Origin: an uncultured Sandaracinaceae bacterium
Lineage (GTDB): Bacteria > Myxococcota_A > Polyangia > Polyangiales > Houyiibacteriaceae
Direction: 5' to 3'
Assembly: GCA_964534585.1 (NCBI GenBank)
Contig: CAZHPJ010000001.1
Coordinates: 1 to 24,091 of the forward strand
Length of the DNA stretch: 24,091 nt
A model generated the notes under the pieces. It did no database searches. It was not told the DNA's origin and saw nothing but the letters and a program-made list of their open reading frames with translations. Positions within the stretch are counted from its first letter, which is position 1. Each line of letters opens with the position of its first letter. Positions 1-8,587 of this stretch are shown here, piece by piece. The translations under genes were made by a program, and so were the position numbers.

Positions 1-126
1 GCCGCCCGTGCCGCCCACGCCGCCCGTGCCGCCCACGCCGCCTTCGCCGCCCGTACCGCCTTCGCCGCCGATGCCGCCTTCGCCGCCCGCGCCGCCTTCG
101 CCGCCCGTGCCGCCCGTGCCGCCGTC
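1..126 (-). repeat. Coding low-complexity tandem repeat (9-bp and 18-bp units) encoding GGT/GGV/GGE/GGA
   Basis: Repeated gccgcccgt / gccgcccac / gccgccttc units on the + strand, in frame with the 1-816 lipoprotein. Confidence 0.9.
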
Positions 127-816
127 ACCGTCGACGCAAGTGACGTCGATCGTGTGGTCGCACTGGCAGTATTCGAAGCCGTCGTCGGAGACCGTGATGG
201 TGATCGTCTGCTCGCCGACCTCCTCACAGGTGAAGGTCGTTATCGGCACGGTGGGGTTCGCGAACGAGCCGCCAGTTCCGGTCCACCGGTACTCGATTTC
301 GTCCCCCTCGAGGTCCACAGCTATCGCATACACGTCGATCTGATGGCCCACCGAAGTTTGGAGAGGAGCGACCACCATTTTGATGAGCTCCGTACAAAAA
401 TTGAACTTCCCATTGACGCGTACCCCACCGAGCTCCTGCGGAGGCTTACAGTGGAGCATCACAGCCACCTCGGTCACCTGACCCACGGTGACATTGAAAT
501 TGGCCGAGCCCGAGCAAGACGTCTCACCGTCGGTGGACGTCGCGGTCAGCATGACGGTGTAGTTCATGCCGCCGGGGATGCCGTAGATCTCGACCGACGC
601 TGTCGCCCCGGGGTTGCTGGTGTTGATCGAGCCGACGATTGGCTCGATGTCGTTCCCTGTGACGGAGTAACTGACCTCGTCGATCTCGGTACCGTCGGTC
701 AGCTCGAGCTCGACGGTAAGGTCGCCTGAGGGGCCTGTGTCAGCTGCACATCCTGCGAAAGCAAGGGCGCCAAAGAGCCAGCCAACTAGCCAGCGCGTGG
801 GGATCCATGTGGGCAT
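1..816 (-). CDS. Predicted lipoprotein with Cys-containing beta-rich region and Gly-rich (GGx) linker; 3' end lies beyond the window
   Basis: Not in the ORF track because no stop is reached. ATG at 816 with GGAGA SD (825-821). My translation: MPTWIPTRWLVGWLFGALAFAG-C-AADTGPSGDLTVELELTDGTEIDEVSYSV...TFTCEEVGEQTITITVSDDGFEYCQCDHTIDVTCVDGDGGTGGTGGEGG. Lipobox AFAG-C; frame open to base 1. Confidence 0.85.
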   Translation of the reverse strand, partial: MPTWIPTRWLVGWLFGALAFAGCAADTGPSGDLTVELELTDGTEIDEVSYSVTGNDIEPIVGSINTSNPGATASVEIYGIPGGMNYTVMLTATSTDGETSCSGSANFNVTVGQVTEVAVMLHCKPPQELGGVRVNGKFNFCTELIKMVVAPLQTSVGHQIDVYAIAVDLEGDEIEYRWTGTGGSFANPTVPITTFTCEEVGEQTITITVSDDGFEYCQCDHTIDVTCVDGDGGTGGTGGEGGAGGEGGIGGEGGTGGEGGVGGTGGVGGTGG

Positions 817-893
817 AGGGTCTCCTGGGGGGCGCCGACGATATCACAACTCACGCTACGGCAATTGACGTTTTTCCTGGGACCCACCGGGAT

Positions 894-909
894 TGTGAGG
901 CGTCTCACA
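894..909. promoter_or_regulatory. CRP/FNR-family binding site (perfect TGTGA-N6-TCACA)
   Basis: TGTGA GGCGTC TCACA in the intergenic region, centred about 85 nt upstream of the lipoprotein ATG. Confidence 0.6.
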
Positions 910-976
910 CAAGGACACCTAACATAGAGACACCCCGTAAAGCCGACGCGTCGCGTCGTCCACGGGGCTTCGCTGT

Positions 977-1702
977 CTAACGCTCCTGGGCCTTGCCCGT
1001 CATCGGCACGAACCTCACTGGAATCACCGGCTCCTCGCGGTAGCCGTCCTTGGTGCGGGTCACCCGCATCAGGCTTTGGTAGTGCTTGCCGACGGGGATG
1101 ATGAGATGGCCCCCGACTTTGAGTTGTTGCTTCAAAGGCTCGGGGATCTTTGGCGGGGCGGCGGTCACGATGACTGCGTCGAACGGTGCGTGCTGCGGCC
1201 AGCCCGCGTAGCCATCCCCGTGCCGAACCTGCACCCGTTTACCGTAGCCAAGCTCGGAGAGGATGGCTTTGGCTTGCTTGGCAAGCGGCTCGATGATCTC
1301 GATCGAGAACACCTTCACGCCCATTTCCGCAAGCACCGCGGCTTGGTATCCCGAGCCCGTCCCGACCTCGAGCACCGTGTCGCCGGACTTCACATTGGCG
1401 AGCTCGGTCATCAGCGCGACGATGTACGGCTGGCTGATCGTCTGCCCGCGGGCAATGGGCAACGGCCGATCGTCGTAAGCGTGCGCCCGCTGCGACTCTG
1501 GGACGAAGCGGTGGCGCGGCACCTTGCGCATCGCCTCGAGTACACGGGCATCCCTCACCCCGCGTGCCTCGATTTGCCTTCGCACCATGTCGAACCGCTC
1601 TTGCTCGCGCGCCACCGGCTCAGGTGGGACGGCGTGGGCCGACCCCGACTTCTGACCGCAGGCGCCGAACACGAGCAGCGCCACCCATGTAGCTCTTCGC
1701 AT
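977..1702 (-). CDS. pcm: Protein-L-isoaspartate(D-aspartate) O-methyltransferase, with a lipoprotein-signal-like N-terminal extension
   Basis: Motifs [69 protein letters not shown] and VRFVPM. Start moved from the track's 2182, which would overlap lysC, to ATG 1702. Confidence 0.93.
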   Translation of the reverse strand: MRRATWVALLVFGACGQKSGSAHAVPPEPVAREQERFDMVRRQIEARGVRDARVLEAMRKVPRHRFVPESQRAHAYDDRPLPIARGQTISQPYIVALMTELANVKSGDTVLEVGTGSGYQAAVLAEMGVKVFSIEIIEPLAKQAKAILSELGYGKRVQVRHGDGYAGWPQHAPFDAVIVTAAPPKIPEPLKQQLKVGGHLIIPVGKHYQSLMRVTRTKDGYREEPVIPVRFVPMTGKAQER

Positions 1703-1771
1703 CGACGCTAAAATACCACGGAACCGGGCGGCAGTTGCTCCCCGGAAAGTCGCGGGTATCCTTCGGCGCCC
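1703..1771. promoter_or_regulatory. Divergent pcm/lysC promoter region, probably giving leaderless or SD-less transcripts
   Basis: Minus strand: extended -10 TG-G-TATTTT (1718-1710), then 7 nt to the pcm ATG. Plus strand: TTGCTC (1735-1740), N16, TATCCT (1757-1762), then 9 nt to the lysC ATG. Neither gene has an SD. Confidence 0.5.
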
Positions 1772-2995
1772 ATGAGGCTGGTAGTACAAAAATACGGCGG
1801 TACGAGCGTCGGTTCGCTGGACCGCATCCGCATGGTCGCGGAGCGAGTCGCCGAGACCTACCGTGAAGGCCACCAGGTCATCGTCGTGGTGAGCGCGAAG
1901 GCGGGCGAAACCGACCGATTGCTCAGCATGGGCTGGGAGCTTTCCGACGGGCCCGCGGAGCGTGAGATGGACGTGCTCGTCTCGAGTGGCGAGCAGGTCA
2001 GTGCCGCGCTCTTGGCGATCCAACTCAACGAAATCGGCGTCCCAGCGCGCTCGATGCTCGGCCACCAGGCGCGCATCTTGACCGACAACGTGCATCGCAA
2101 CGCCCGCATTCGCACCATCGATGGAACGGGGCTTCGCTCCTCGCTCGAGACGGGCAACGTGCTGGTCGTCGCAGGCTTCCAAGGCACGGATGCGTACGGC
2201 AACATCACCACCTTGGGGCGCGGCGGCTCCGACACCTCGGCGGTCGCGATCGCGGCAGCAGTCAAGGCCGACGTCTGCGAGATCTGCACCGACGTCGACG
2301 GGGTCTACACGACGGACCCAAGCGTCTGCTCCGGCGCGCGCAAGATCAAATGCATCAGCTACGAGGAGATGCTCGAGCTCTCGTCGCTCGGGGCCAAGGT
2401 CCTACAGATACGTTCGGTGGAGCTTGCGATGAAGCACCGGATGCCGCTGCACGTGCGCTCGAGTTTCTCGAACGCGGAGGGTACGATCGTGACCGATGAA
2501 GAACACCTGCTCGAAAAAGTCATCGTGGCCGGCATTGCGGCCGACAAGAAGACCGTGAAGCTGACCGTCAGTGCGCTGCCGGATCACCCCGGGGTCGTTG
2601 CGAGCGTGTTCGAACCGCTCGCTGAAGCCAACATCTCGGTCGACATGATCATTCAGAACATCTCGAAGCGAGGGCACACCGATGTGACGTTCACGGTGAG
2701 CCGCGAGGATGCGGACCACGCAGAGAGCATCGCAAAGGAGCTCGTCGCCAGCGTCGACGCGGAAGGCGTCGTGCGCGATGACAGCGTCGCTAAGGTTTCG
2801 ATCGTGGGCGTTGGGATGCGCAATCATGCGGGCATCGCCGCCCGTATGTTCCGGCTGCTGGCCGACAACGGCATCAACATCAAAGCGATCAGCACGAGCG
2901 AGATCAAGACCTCGTGCCTGATCGAGGCCGAGCACGCGGACCGCGCGGTGACCGTGCTCCACGACGGCTTCGACCTCGGCAAACCCGCCAGCTAG
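1772..2995 (+). CDS. lysC: Aspartate kinase (amino-acid kinase domain plus two ACT domains)
   Basis: [50 protein letters not shown]-terminal STSEIK; 407 aa. Confidence 0.97.
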   Translation: MRLVVQKYGGTSVGSLDRIRMVAERVAETYREGHQVIVVVSAKAGETDRLLSMGWELSDGPAEREMDVLVSSGEQVSAALLAIQLNEIGVPARSMLGHQARILTDNVHRNARIRTIDGTGLRSSLETGNVLVVAGFQGTDAYGNITTLGRGGSDTSAVAIAAAVKADVCEICTDVDGVYTTDPSVCSGARKIKCISYEEMLELSSLGAKVLQIRSVELAMKHRMPLHVRSSFSNAEGTIVTDEEHLLEKVIVAGIAADKKTVKLTVSALPDHPGVVASVFEPLAEANISVDMIIQNISKRGHTDVTFTVSREDADHAESIAKELVASVDAEGVVRDDSVAKVSIVGVGMRNHAGIAARMFRLLADNGINIKAISTSEIKTSCLIEAEHADRAVTVLHDGFDLGKPAS

Positions 2996-3149
2996 CGTCG
3001 ATGGAGCAACGTCACGCGAGAACGGCCGATGGAGGGTCGTGGCGACCACATCACGATCCTCATCGATCCGGTCCGCCGCGTGCGTCGTGCTCGTGCTTGC
3101 GTGCAGCGCCATCGCCTCAGGCCGCCCCCTCCGGATTCGGCAACTGCCT

Positions 3150-3677
3150 TCAGTGAAGGTCGAAGCGAACGCCGACCCGCGCCCCAACCGTCAAAATGAA
3201 CGCGTCGAGCGGGCTCGCGGCGTTGGTGGCCACCCAGTAACCGCGCACGTCCGCGCCGACGAGCCATCGCTGGTTGATGAGATAGTCCACGCCAAATAAC
3301 ACGTGCAGGGCGAAGTCTCCCCGGCTCCTCCGATCGCGCACGGTCAACAGACCATCGAGGCCAAACCCGATCAACGGAACGAATCGGACGATGTCGAGCG
3401 CGTAGACCGTCTCGAGCCCGGCCATGCTGACGTGCAGCGGCCGTTCGGCCGGGAAGACGTTGTAGCTGAGGAGCCCCTGGATGCTCCATGCGTCACCGAC
3501 GCCTCCGCCAGCGCTAAGGCCCACATCAACGCCGTTGCGGGGGAGGGTGTCCGTGCTCGGGATCCCAGCGTAACCTACCGCCAAGCCGAGCGTCGCTTGG
3601 TCCTCGTACGCGTGAGCCATCGAAGGGAGTGATGCCACCAAGGCGAGGCTCCCAAAGAGCGAGACGAGGCAACGCAC
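3150..3677 (-). CDS. Small outer-membrane beta-barrel-like protein
   Basis: GTG start and signal peptide ending AHA-Y. Alternating amphipathic strands (GVDVGLSAGGG, WSIQGLLSYN, WLVGADVRGYW) and C-terminal VGARVGVRFDLH. Confidence 0.72.
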   Translation of the reverse strand: MRCLVSLFGSLALVASLPSMAHAYEDQATLGLAVGYAGIPSTDTLPRNGVDVGLSAGGGVGDAWSIQGLLSYNVFPAERPLHVSMAGLETVYALDIVRFVPLIGFGLDGLLTVRDRRSRGDFALHVLFGVDYLINQRWLVGADVRGYWVATNAASPLDAFILTVGARVGVRFDLH

Positions 3678-3721
3678 AGCGAGCCCTCTAGCATGGGGGT
3701 CACACGCGATGCGAGGCTACG

Positions 3722-3749
3722 TTGACTGGGCGAGGGCCCCGTGTATAGT
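3722..3749 (+). promoter_or_regulatory. Sigma70-type promoter for the TPR/BamB-like operon
   Basis: TTGACT (3722-3727), 16 bp, TATAGT (3744-3749); SD GGAGG at 3784-3788 precedes TTG 3794. Confidence 0.65.
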
Positions 3750-3793
3750 GCCGACGCGATTTGCCGGGTTTTCCCGGTCTTTTGGAGGAAGCC

Positions 3794-4651
3794 TTGGCCA
3801 ACGACCCTGCCGAAAACGAAAAGCAAGCGCCGCTCACCGCGGGCCAACGACTCGCCGCGCAGCAAGCAGCCAAGTCGGCTCGCAAGGCTGCAGGACGGGG
3901 TCGCGACGCAGACCTCGTCGAGGAGAAGGCGCTCGCGCAGGCCGCCATGGCGAAGGACTGGCTCCAAGACAACTTGAAGCCGCTGGGGCTCATGGCCGGC
4001 GGGGTGCTCCTAGTGGCCGCGGTTGGGATCGGATGGTCCACCTTCACCCACAACCAGGACGCTGCGGCGGGCGCCGAGCTCGCGGCGGTTCTCGAGGGCA
4101 GCGCGGACGACGACACGGCGCTTGCGACCGCCTACGCCGCAGTCGCCGATACGCACGCGAAGACCCCGGCAGCCGCATGGTCGCGAATCGGCGAGGGCAG
4201 GGCGCTCTACGCGCAGGGGCAGTGGGAGAAATCTCGGGCAGCCTACCAAGCCGCGCTCGATAGCAGCGACGACGAAGCGGTCCATTGGATCGCGCTCGAA
4301 GGAATCGCCTACACGCTCGAGGCGGAGAAGTCCTATGACCAGGCCATCGAGCAGCTCGAGGCTTTGCGTGAGCTCGACAGGAGCATCGCCCCGATCGCCG
4401 GGTACCATCAAGGGCGCCTCCTGGCCGAGCAGGGCAAGCTCGATGAGGCCAAGACCAAGTTCGATCGCGTCTTGAACGAGCTGAAGCAAGCGGACGCACC
4501 GCTGCTACCATACACGCAGGAACAGACCGAGGCGCGCCTCGCCCTCATCGAGCCGAGCCTCGCACCCGCAGCTGGCGTCGATCCACGCACGGCCGGCGAG
4601 TTCATTCGACAGATGAACGAGATGCTCCAACGGCAACCACCGCAAGAATAG
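3794..4651 (+). CDS. Membrane-anchored tetratricopeptide-repeat protein, YfgM-like
   Basis: Basic N-terminus, a single TM helix (LGLMAGGVLLVAAVGIGW) and TPR-like helices (GEGRALYAQGQWEKSRAAYQ, LEGIAYTLEAEKSYDQAI, YHQGRLLAEQGKLDEAKTKF). It lies directly upstream of a BamB-like gene, as yfgM does in E. coli. Start reassigned to TTG with SD. Confidence 0.78.
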   Translation: MANDPAENEKQAPLTAGQRLAAQQAAKSARKAAGRGRDADLVEEKALAQAAMAKDWLQDNLKPLGLMAGGVLLVAAVGIGWSTFTHNQDAAAGAELAAVLEGSADDDTALATAYAAVADTHAKTPAAAWSRIGEGRALYAQGQWEKSRAAYQAALDSSDDEAVHWIALEGIAYTLEAEKSYDQAIEQLEALRELDRSIAPIAGYHQGRLLAEQGKLDEAKTKFDRVLNELKQADAPLLPYTQEQTEARLALIEPSLAPAAGVDPRTAGEFIRQMNEMLQRQPPQE

Positions 4652-4655
4652 GCCC

Positions 4656-5861
4656 GTGCGATCGATACGCATCCGCTTCGCCGCCACCTTGGCTGTCGCC
4701 TCATCGGTGCTGGCGATTCCAGGCTGCGGAGCGGCCGGCGCGCCGGCGACCAACGCCGACAACTTCGGATGGGTGGAACAGGACGACGGATACGCGCGGC
4801 CGGGCGAGGGCGGTTTCAACGTCCGCTGGTCAAAGCAACTAACGGACCGTTGGGAAGCGCGCTATCTCCCGCTGGAGCTCAGCTCAGCGGAGTTCGATAG
4901 GAAGCGCCAGCGCGTCTACATCGGCACGACTGAAGGGAACATGTTTGCGTTCGCTCTGAACGGCCAAAGGTTGTTCTTCTACGACGCCGGCGCGCAGATC
5001 GAGTCGAAGCCTGCCGTCGATGCACGGACCGGTGAGGTGTACTTCCCGAGCGTCGACGGCACCGTACATGCACTGACGGTCGACGGCGGGGTCAAGTGGA
5101 GGACCAAGCTCATCGGAACCATGCGAACCCAGCCGGTGCTCACGGCTGACGCGGTGTACGTCGTAGGCGAGAACGACGTCGTAACGGCCCTTGCGCGAGA
5201 CGATGGGCGCATCCTCTGGACCTACGACAAGGAGCCGGTCGAGGAGATCACCATCGCCGGGCATGCCGGGATGCTGCTCGAAGAGGGGCGGCTCTACGCG
5301 GCGTTCACCGACGGCTCCGTCGCGGCGATGAATCCCACCGACGGACGGCTGTTCTGGGAGATCGAAACTTCACTCGATGTCGAGCTTCGACCGGGCAACG
5401 TCCCGCAATTCCTCGATGTAGACACGACCCCCGTGATGCTGCGTGGCACGCTGTATGTCGCCTCGTTTACGGCCGGCCTCTACGCCCTGGACGCCGCCAG
5501 CGGAACGGTGGAATGGAGAGATGCAGAATTTCAGGGCGTGACTGGCCTCGCAACGGCCGGACGGATGCTCGTCATCTCCTCGGCCCGCCGGGGTGTATCG
5601 CTCCTCGACCTGCGAACGCGCGAGGTCCAATGGGAAAAGGCTCCAGAGCGCGGCGCCCCCACCCCGCCGGTCGTGACCGAGAGGGGCACCGTGATCTACG
5701 GCGAAACACAAGGATCACTGCTGGCTCTCTCTCTCTCCGACGGACGCGAAATCGCCCGCGCCGAAGGTGGAGCTGGTTTCTCGGCGACACCATCAGCGGC
5801 GGGCACCCTTGGGGGAGCGATTTCCAACGGCGGCCGCTTCCTGTTCCTGCGGCTGAACTAG
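4656..5861 (+). CDS. PQQ-like beta-propeller lipoprotein, BamB-like
   Basis: GTG start and lipobox AIPG-C. Repeated A/L-x-D-x-x-T/D-G-x-x-x-W motifs (ALTVDGGVKW, ALARDDGRILW, NPTDGRLFW, ALDAASGTVEW). Confidence 0.82.
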   Translation: MRSIRIRFAATLAVASSVLAIPGCGAAGAPATNADNFGWVEQDDGYARPGEGGFNVRWSKQLTDRWEARYLPLELSSAEFDRKRQRVYIGTTEGNMFAFALNGQRLFFYDAGAQIESKPAVDARTGEVYFPSVDGTVHALTVDGGVKWRTKLIGTMRTQPVLTADAVYVVGENDVVTALARDDGRILWTYDKEPVEEITIAGHAGMLLEEGRLYAAFTDGSVAAMNPTDGRLFWEIETSLDVELRPGNVPQFLDVDTTPVMLRGTLYVASFTAGLYALDAASGTVEWRDAEFQGVTGLATAGRMLVISSARRGVSLLDLRTREVQWEKAPERGAPTPPVVTERGTVIYGETQGSLLALSLSDGREIARAEGGAGFSATPSAAGTLGGAISNGGRFLFLRLN

Positions 5862-5888
5862 CAGCGTCGGCGTCAGACATGGCGTCCG

Positions 5889-6791
5889 CTACAGATGCGG
5901 GGACGGCAGTGCTTCATCGAGGAAGGTCAATTGGGCGGCGATGCTCTTGTTGAACCAGTCACCGGTGTAGGGGGCGAAGTGGGGGCACTCGAGCTCGACG
6001 AGGCGCCCGCTCGGGATGAGCTTCGCAGCCTTGCGCACCGCCTCGATCGGGATGAGCGCGTCCTCGGTGGCGCCGACGAGGAGGGTCGGGACGGTGATCT
6101 TCGAAACCTCCCGGATGGGGCGGTAGAAAGGAAAAGTGAGCGCGATGCGGGCGGCGCACCGGTTGTCAAACGGTGCGCCTGGCGGGAGCAACGCCATGAC
6201 CCCGTCCCAGGCGTCTTCTGTGTTCATGATTGCGAGCTCGCCAGGGCGGCCCACAGTCGCAACGTAGTAGGGGTCCCGGAACGTCGCGGCGCGAAGCGCG
6301 TCTCGCACGCCCGCGGCGGTCAACTTCAGCAGGTGAGCCAGCCCACTGGCATCTCCCGCCAAGGAAGCCATCGCATCGACGTGCGGCACGTGCGCAATGA
6401 CCGCCGCGCACCGAACCCCGCGTGACGCCATCGTGAGCACGTGCCCACCGCCGAGCGATGTGCCCCAAAGAACCAATTGTTTCGGGTCGATCTCGGAGAA
6501 CACTCGAACGTGCTCGACCGCGGTTTCAAAATCTTCGATGTGCCGGCGGGGGCTCACGAGCCTCCGTGGCTCCCCGTCGCTCTCGCCGAAACCCCGATAG
6601 TCGAACAGGAACGACGCGAAGCCTGCCTGCGAGAACCGTTCGGCGAACGAGGGAAGGGCCCAGGACCGTTCGGCGCCGAAGCCGTGACCCATGACGATGA
6701 CCGGCGGCCGCAAGATGCCATCTGGCAAATAGAGCGTGCCAGCGCATCGTACGCCTTGGCTCGAGAAGTTTCGATCGACGCGAGTGGTCAA
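5889..6791 (-). CDS. Alpha/beta-fold serine hydrolase
   Basis: [18 protein letters not shown], nucleophile elbow WGTSLGGG, late CPHF His. Start reassigned to TTG 6791 (GGGAG SD), overlapping the aqpZ stop (TTGA). Confidence 0.88.
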   Translation of the reverse strand: MTTRVDRNFSSQGVRCAGTLYLPDGILRPPVIVMGHGFGAERSWALPSFAERFSQAGFASFLFDYRGFGESDGEPRRLVSPRRHIEDFETAVEHVRVFSEIDPKQLVLWGTSLGGGHVLTMASRGVRCAAVIAHVPHVDAMASLAGDASGLAHLLKLTAAGVRDALRAATFRDPYYVATVGRPGELAIMNTEDAWDGVMALLPPGAPFDNRCAARIALTFPFYRPIREVSKITVPTLLVGATEDALIPIEAVRKAAKLIPSGRLVELECPHFAPYTGDWFNKSIAAQLTFLDEALPSPHL

Positions 6792-7483
6792 TCGCCGCTC
6801 CCGGCGACCAGCGGATACACTATGCCGGCAATCGCGCCGCCGATGACCGGGGCGACCCAAAAGAGCCATAGCTGTTGCAGCGCCCAGGCGTCCGCAAAGA
6901 GGGCCGTGCCGGTGCTCCGCGCGGGGTTGACCGAGAGGTTGTCGACCGGGATTCCGATCAAGTGGATCAAGGTCAACCCGAGGCCGATCGCGACCGGCGC
7001 AAGAGCTGCCGGCGCGCGCTTGTCGGTCGCGCCGAGGATGATGAAGAGGAACATGAACGTGAGGACGACCTCCGACGTGAGGACGGCGTAGATCGAGTAA
7101 CCCCCTGGCGAGTGCTCGCCGAAGCCGTTCGACGCGAAGCCGCCCGCTACGAAACCATCCTGGCCGGAGGCGATGGAGTAGAGCACGGCTGCACCCGCAA
7201 TCCCGCCGAGGACTTGCGCGATGATGTATGGGACGAGCTCGGACGCCGGGAAGCGCTTGCCCACGAAGAGGCCTACCGAGACGGCCGGGTTGAGGTGACA
7301 GCCCGAGATGTGCCCGATGGCATACGCCATCGTCAGGACGGTGAGACCAAACGCGAGCGCGACGCCGAGAAAGCCGATCCCGACATCGGGGAAGCCAGCC
7401 GCCAGAACCGCACTCCCGCAGCCACCGAAAACGAGCCAGAACGTGCCCACAAACTCCGCTGCAACCTTGTTTCCAAGCGTCAT
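6788..7483 (-). CDS. aqpZ: Aquaporin Z (231 aa)
   Basis: [34 protein letters not shown] and SVNPARS (both NPA boxes), WLFWVAP. ATG 7483 with AGGAGG SD. Confidence 0.95.
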   Translation of the reverse strand: MTLGNKVAAEFVGTFWLVFGGCGSAVLAAGFPDVGIGFLGVALAFGLTVLTMAYAIGHISGCHLNPAVSVGLFVGKRFPASELVPYIIAQVLGGIAGAAVLYSIASGQDGFVAGGFASNGFGEHSPGGYSIYAVLTSEVVLTFMFLFIILGATDKRAPAALAPVAIGLGLTLIHLIGIPVDNLSVNPARSTGTALFADAWALQQLWLFWVAPVIGGAIAGIVYPLVAGSGD

Positions 7484-7568
7484 GCTTCCTCCTGAGCCCG
7501 ATGCGCCGGGCGGGCGGATAGTCTCACCGCGTGGGCACGCTGTAAACGGAGGCCTGAAGGTGAGCGCC

Positions 7569-8534
7569 TCAAGGCATTCGTTCGCCCGAGGCGAGACAGG
7601 CCCGAATGCCACTCCGGAGCTCGACGGAAGGCTCGAAGCCCATGCGCTGGGCGCGACTGGTGTCGTAGTGATATTGTCGGCCAACGACGCGAACCGCGTA
7701 GCGCGTGAGACGCGGCTCCCGGTGAGTGAGACGAGCCGCCGCCTCCATCGCGCCGGCCACGACCAGCGCCAGGTGATACGGGATGTGCTGGCGCGGGCAC
7801 GGGGCGCCGATCTCATCGGCTACGGTCTCTAGCAACTCACGCCATGTGCAATTCGCTGGATTGGTGAGGTTGTAGACACCGCCTGACGCGGCCGGCTCAG
7901 TGAGCACGAGTGCAAGAAAAGCAGCGACGTCATCCACGTGCACCAGATCGACGGTGTTGTCGCCGCGCCCGATGATGCGGGCTCTGCCAGAACGGAGGTT
8001 CTCGACGAGCTTGGGTAGAAACCTGTCGTCCCCCGGGCCGTAGATCACGCTAGGCCTGACGATGACGAGCTCGAACGCGTGTCGTGCCCGACGGCGCGCG
8101 GCTGCTTCGCTGTCGATCTTGGTGTCGCCGTAAGGGTCGCCTATCTTGCGCACGGGGGCGTCCTCGTCGAGTCGTTCGTTCGCGCGTCGCCCGTACACCG
8201 ACACCGAGCTCATGTGCACGAAGCGCCGAATCCCGGCGCGGCAGGCCTCGGCGGCGACGTTGTCGGTCCCGTCGATGTTCACCCGCCGGCACAGGTCCCA
8301 CTCCTGGCCATAGCCGACGACGCCGGCCAGGTGCACGACGCCGTCGTGATCCGTCATCAACCCCCGGATCGTCTGCGCGATGGTGATGTCCCCGCGAACG
8401 ATCGCAACACCATCGAACGCATCCTCGGACTCCTGCGGCAAGAGCAACGCGGTCACTCGATCGCCTCGATCGAGCAGGGCACGGATTAGGGCTCGTCCGA
8501 CAAAGCCCGTCGCTCCGGTAACGAAGACGCGCAT
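7569..8534 (-). CDS. Extended SDR / NAD-dependent epimerase-dehydratase (3-beta-HSD/OleD-like)
   Basis: [25 protein letters not shown], catalytic YGDTK (YxxxK), [18 protein letters not shown]. Confidence 0.9.
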   Translation of the reverse strand: MRVFVTGATGFVGRALIRALLDRGDRVTALLLPQESEDAFDGVAIVRGDITIAQTIRGLMTDHDGVVHLAGVVGYGQEWDLCRRVNIDGTDNVAAEACRAGIRRFVHMSSVSVYGRRANERLDEDAPVRKIGDPYGDTKIDSEAAARRRARHAFELVIVRPSVIYGPGDDRFLPKLVENLRSGRARIIGRGDNTVDLVHVDDVAAFLALVLTEPAASGGVYNLTNPANCTWRELLETVADEIGAPCPRQHIPYHLALVVAGAMEAAARLTHREPRLTRYAVRVVGRQYHYDTSRAQRMGFEPSVELRSGIRACLASGERMP

Positions 8535-8587
8535 GGCCTAAGCAGCCACCTGCACGGCGTACACGTCGAATCCCGTGGCCTCCTCGG

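Noticed and set aside
8-729. Plus-strand ORFs 8-343 (Pro-rich) and 154-729
   Set aside because: Antisense shadows of the minus-strand lipoprotein; the poly-Pro is the complement of its Gly repeats.
2996-3149. Possible small ORFs and CGTGC low-complexity repeats between lysC and the beta-barrel gene
   Set aside because: No SD, no recognisable motif, and candidates in several frames are equally weak; not a CRISPR-like repeat-spacer pattern.
5725-5736. (CT)6 microsatellite in the BamB-like gene
   Set aside because: Short, in frame (Leu-Ser-Leu-Ser) and within a probably important gene; no support for phase variation.
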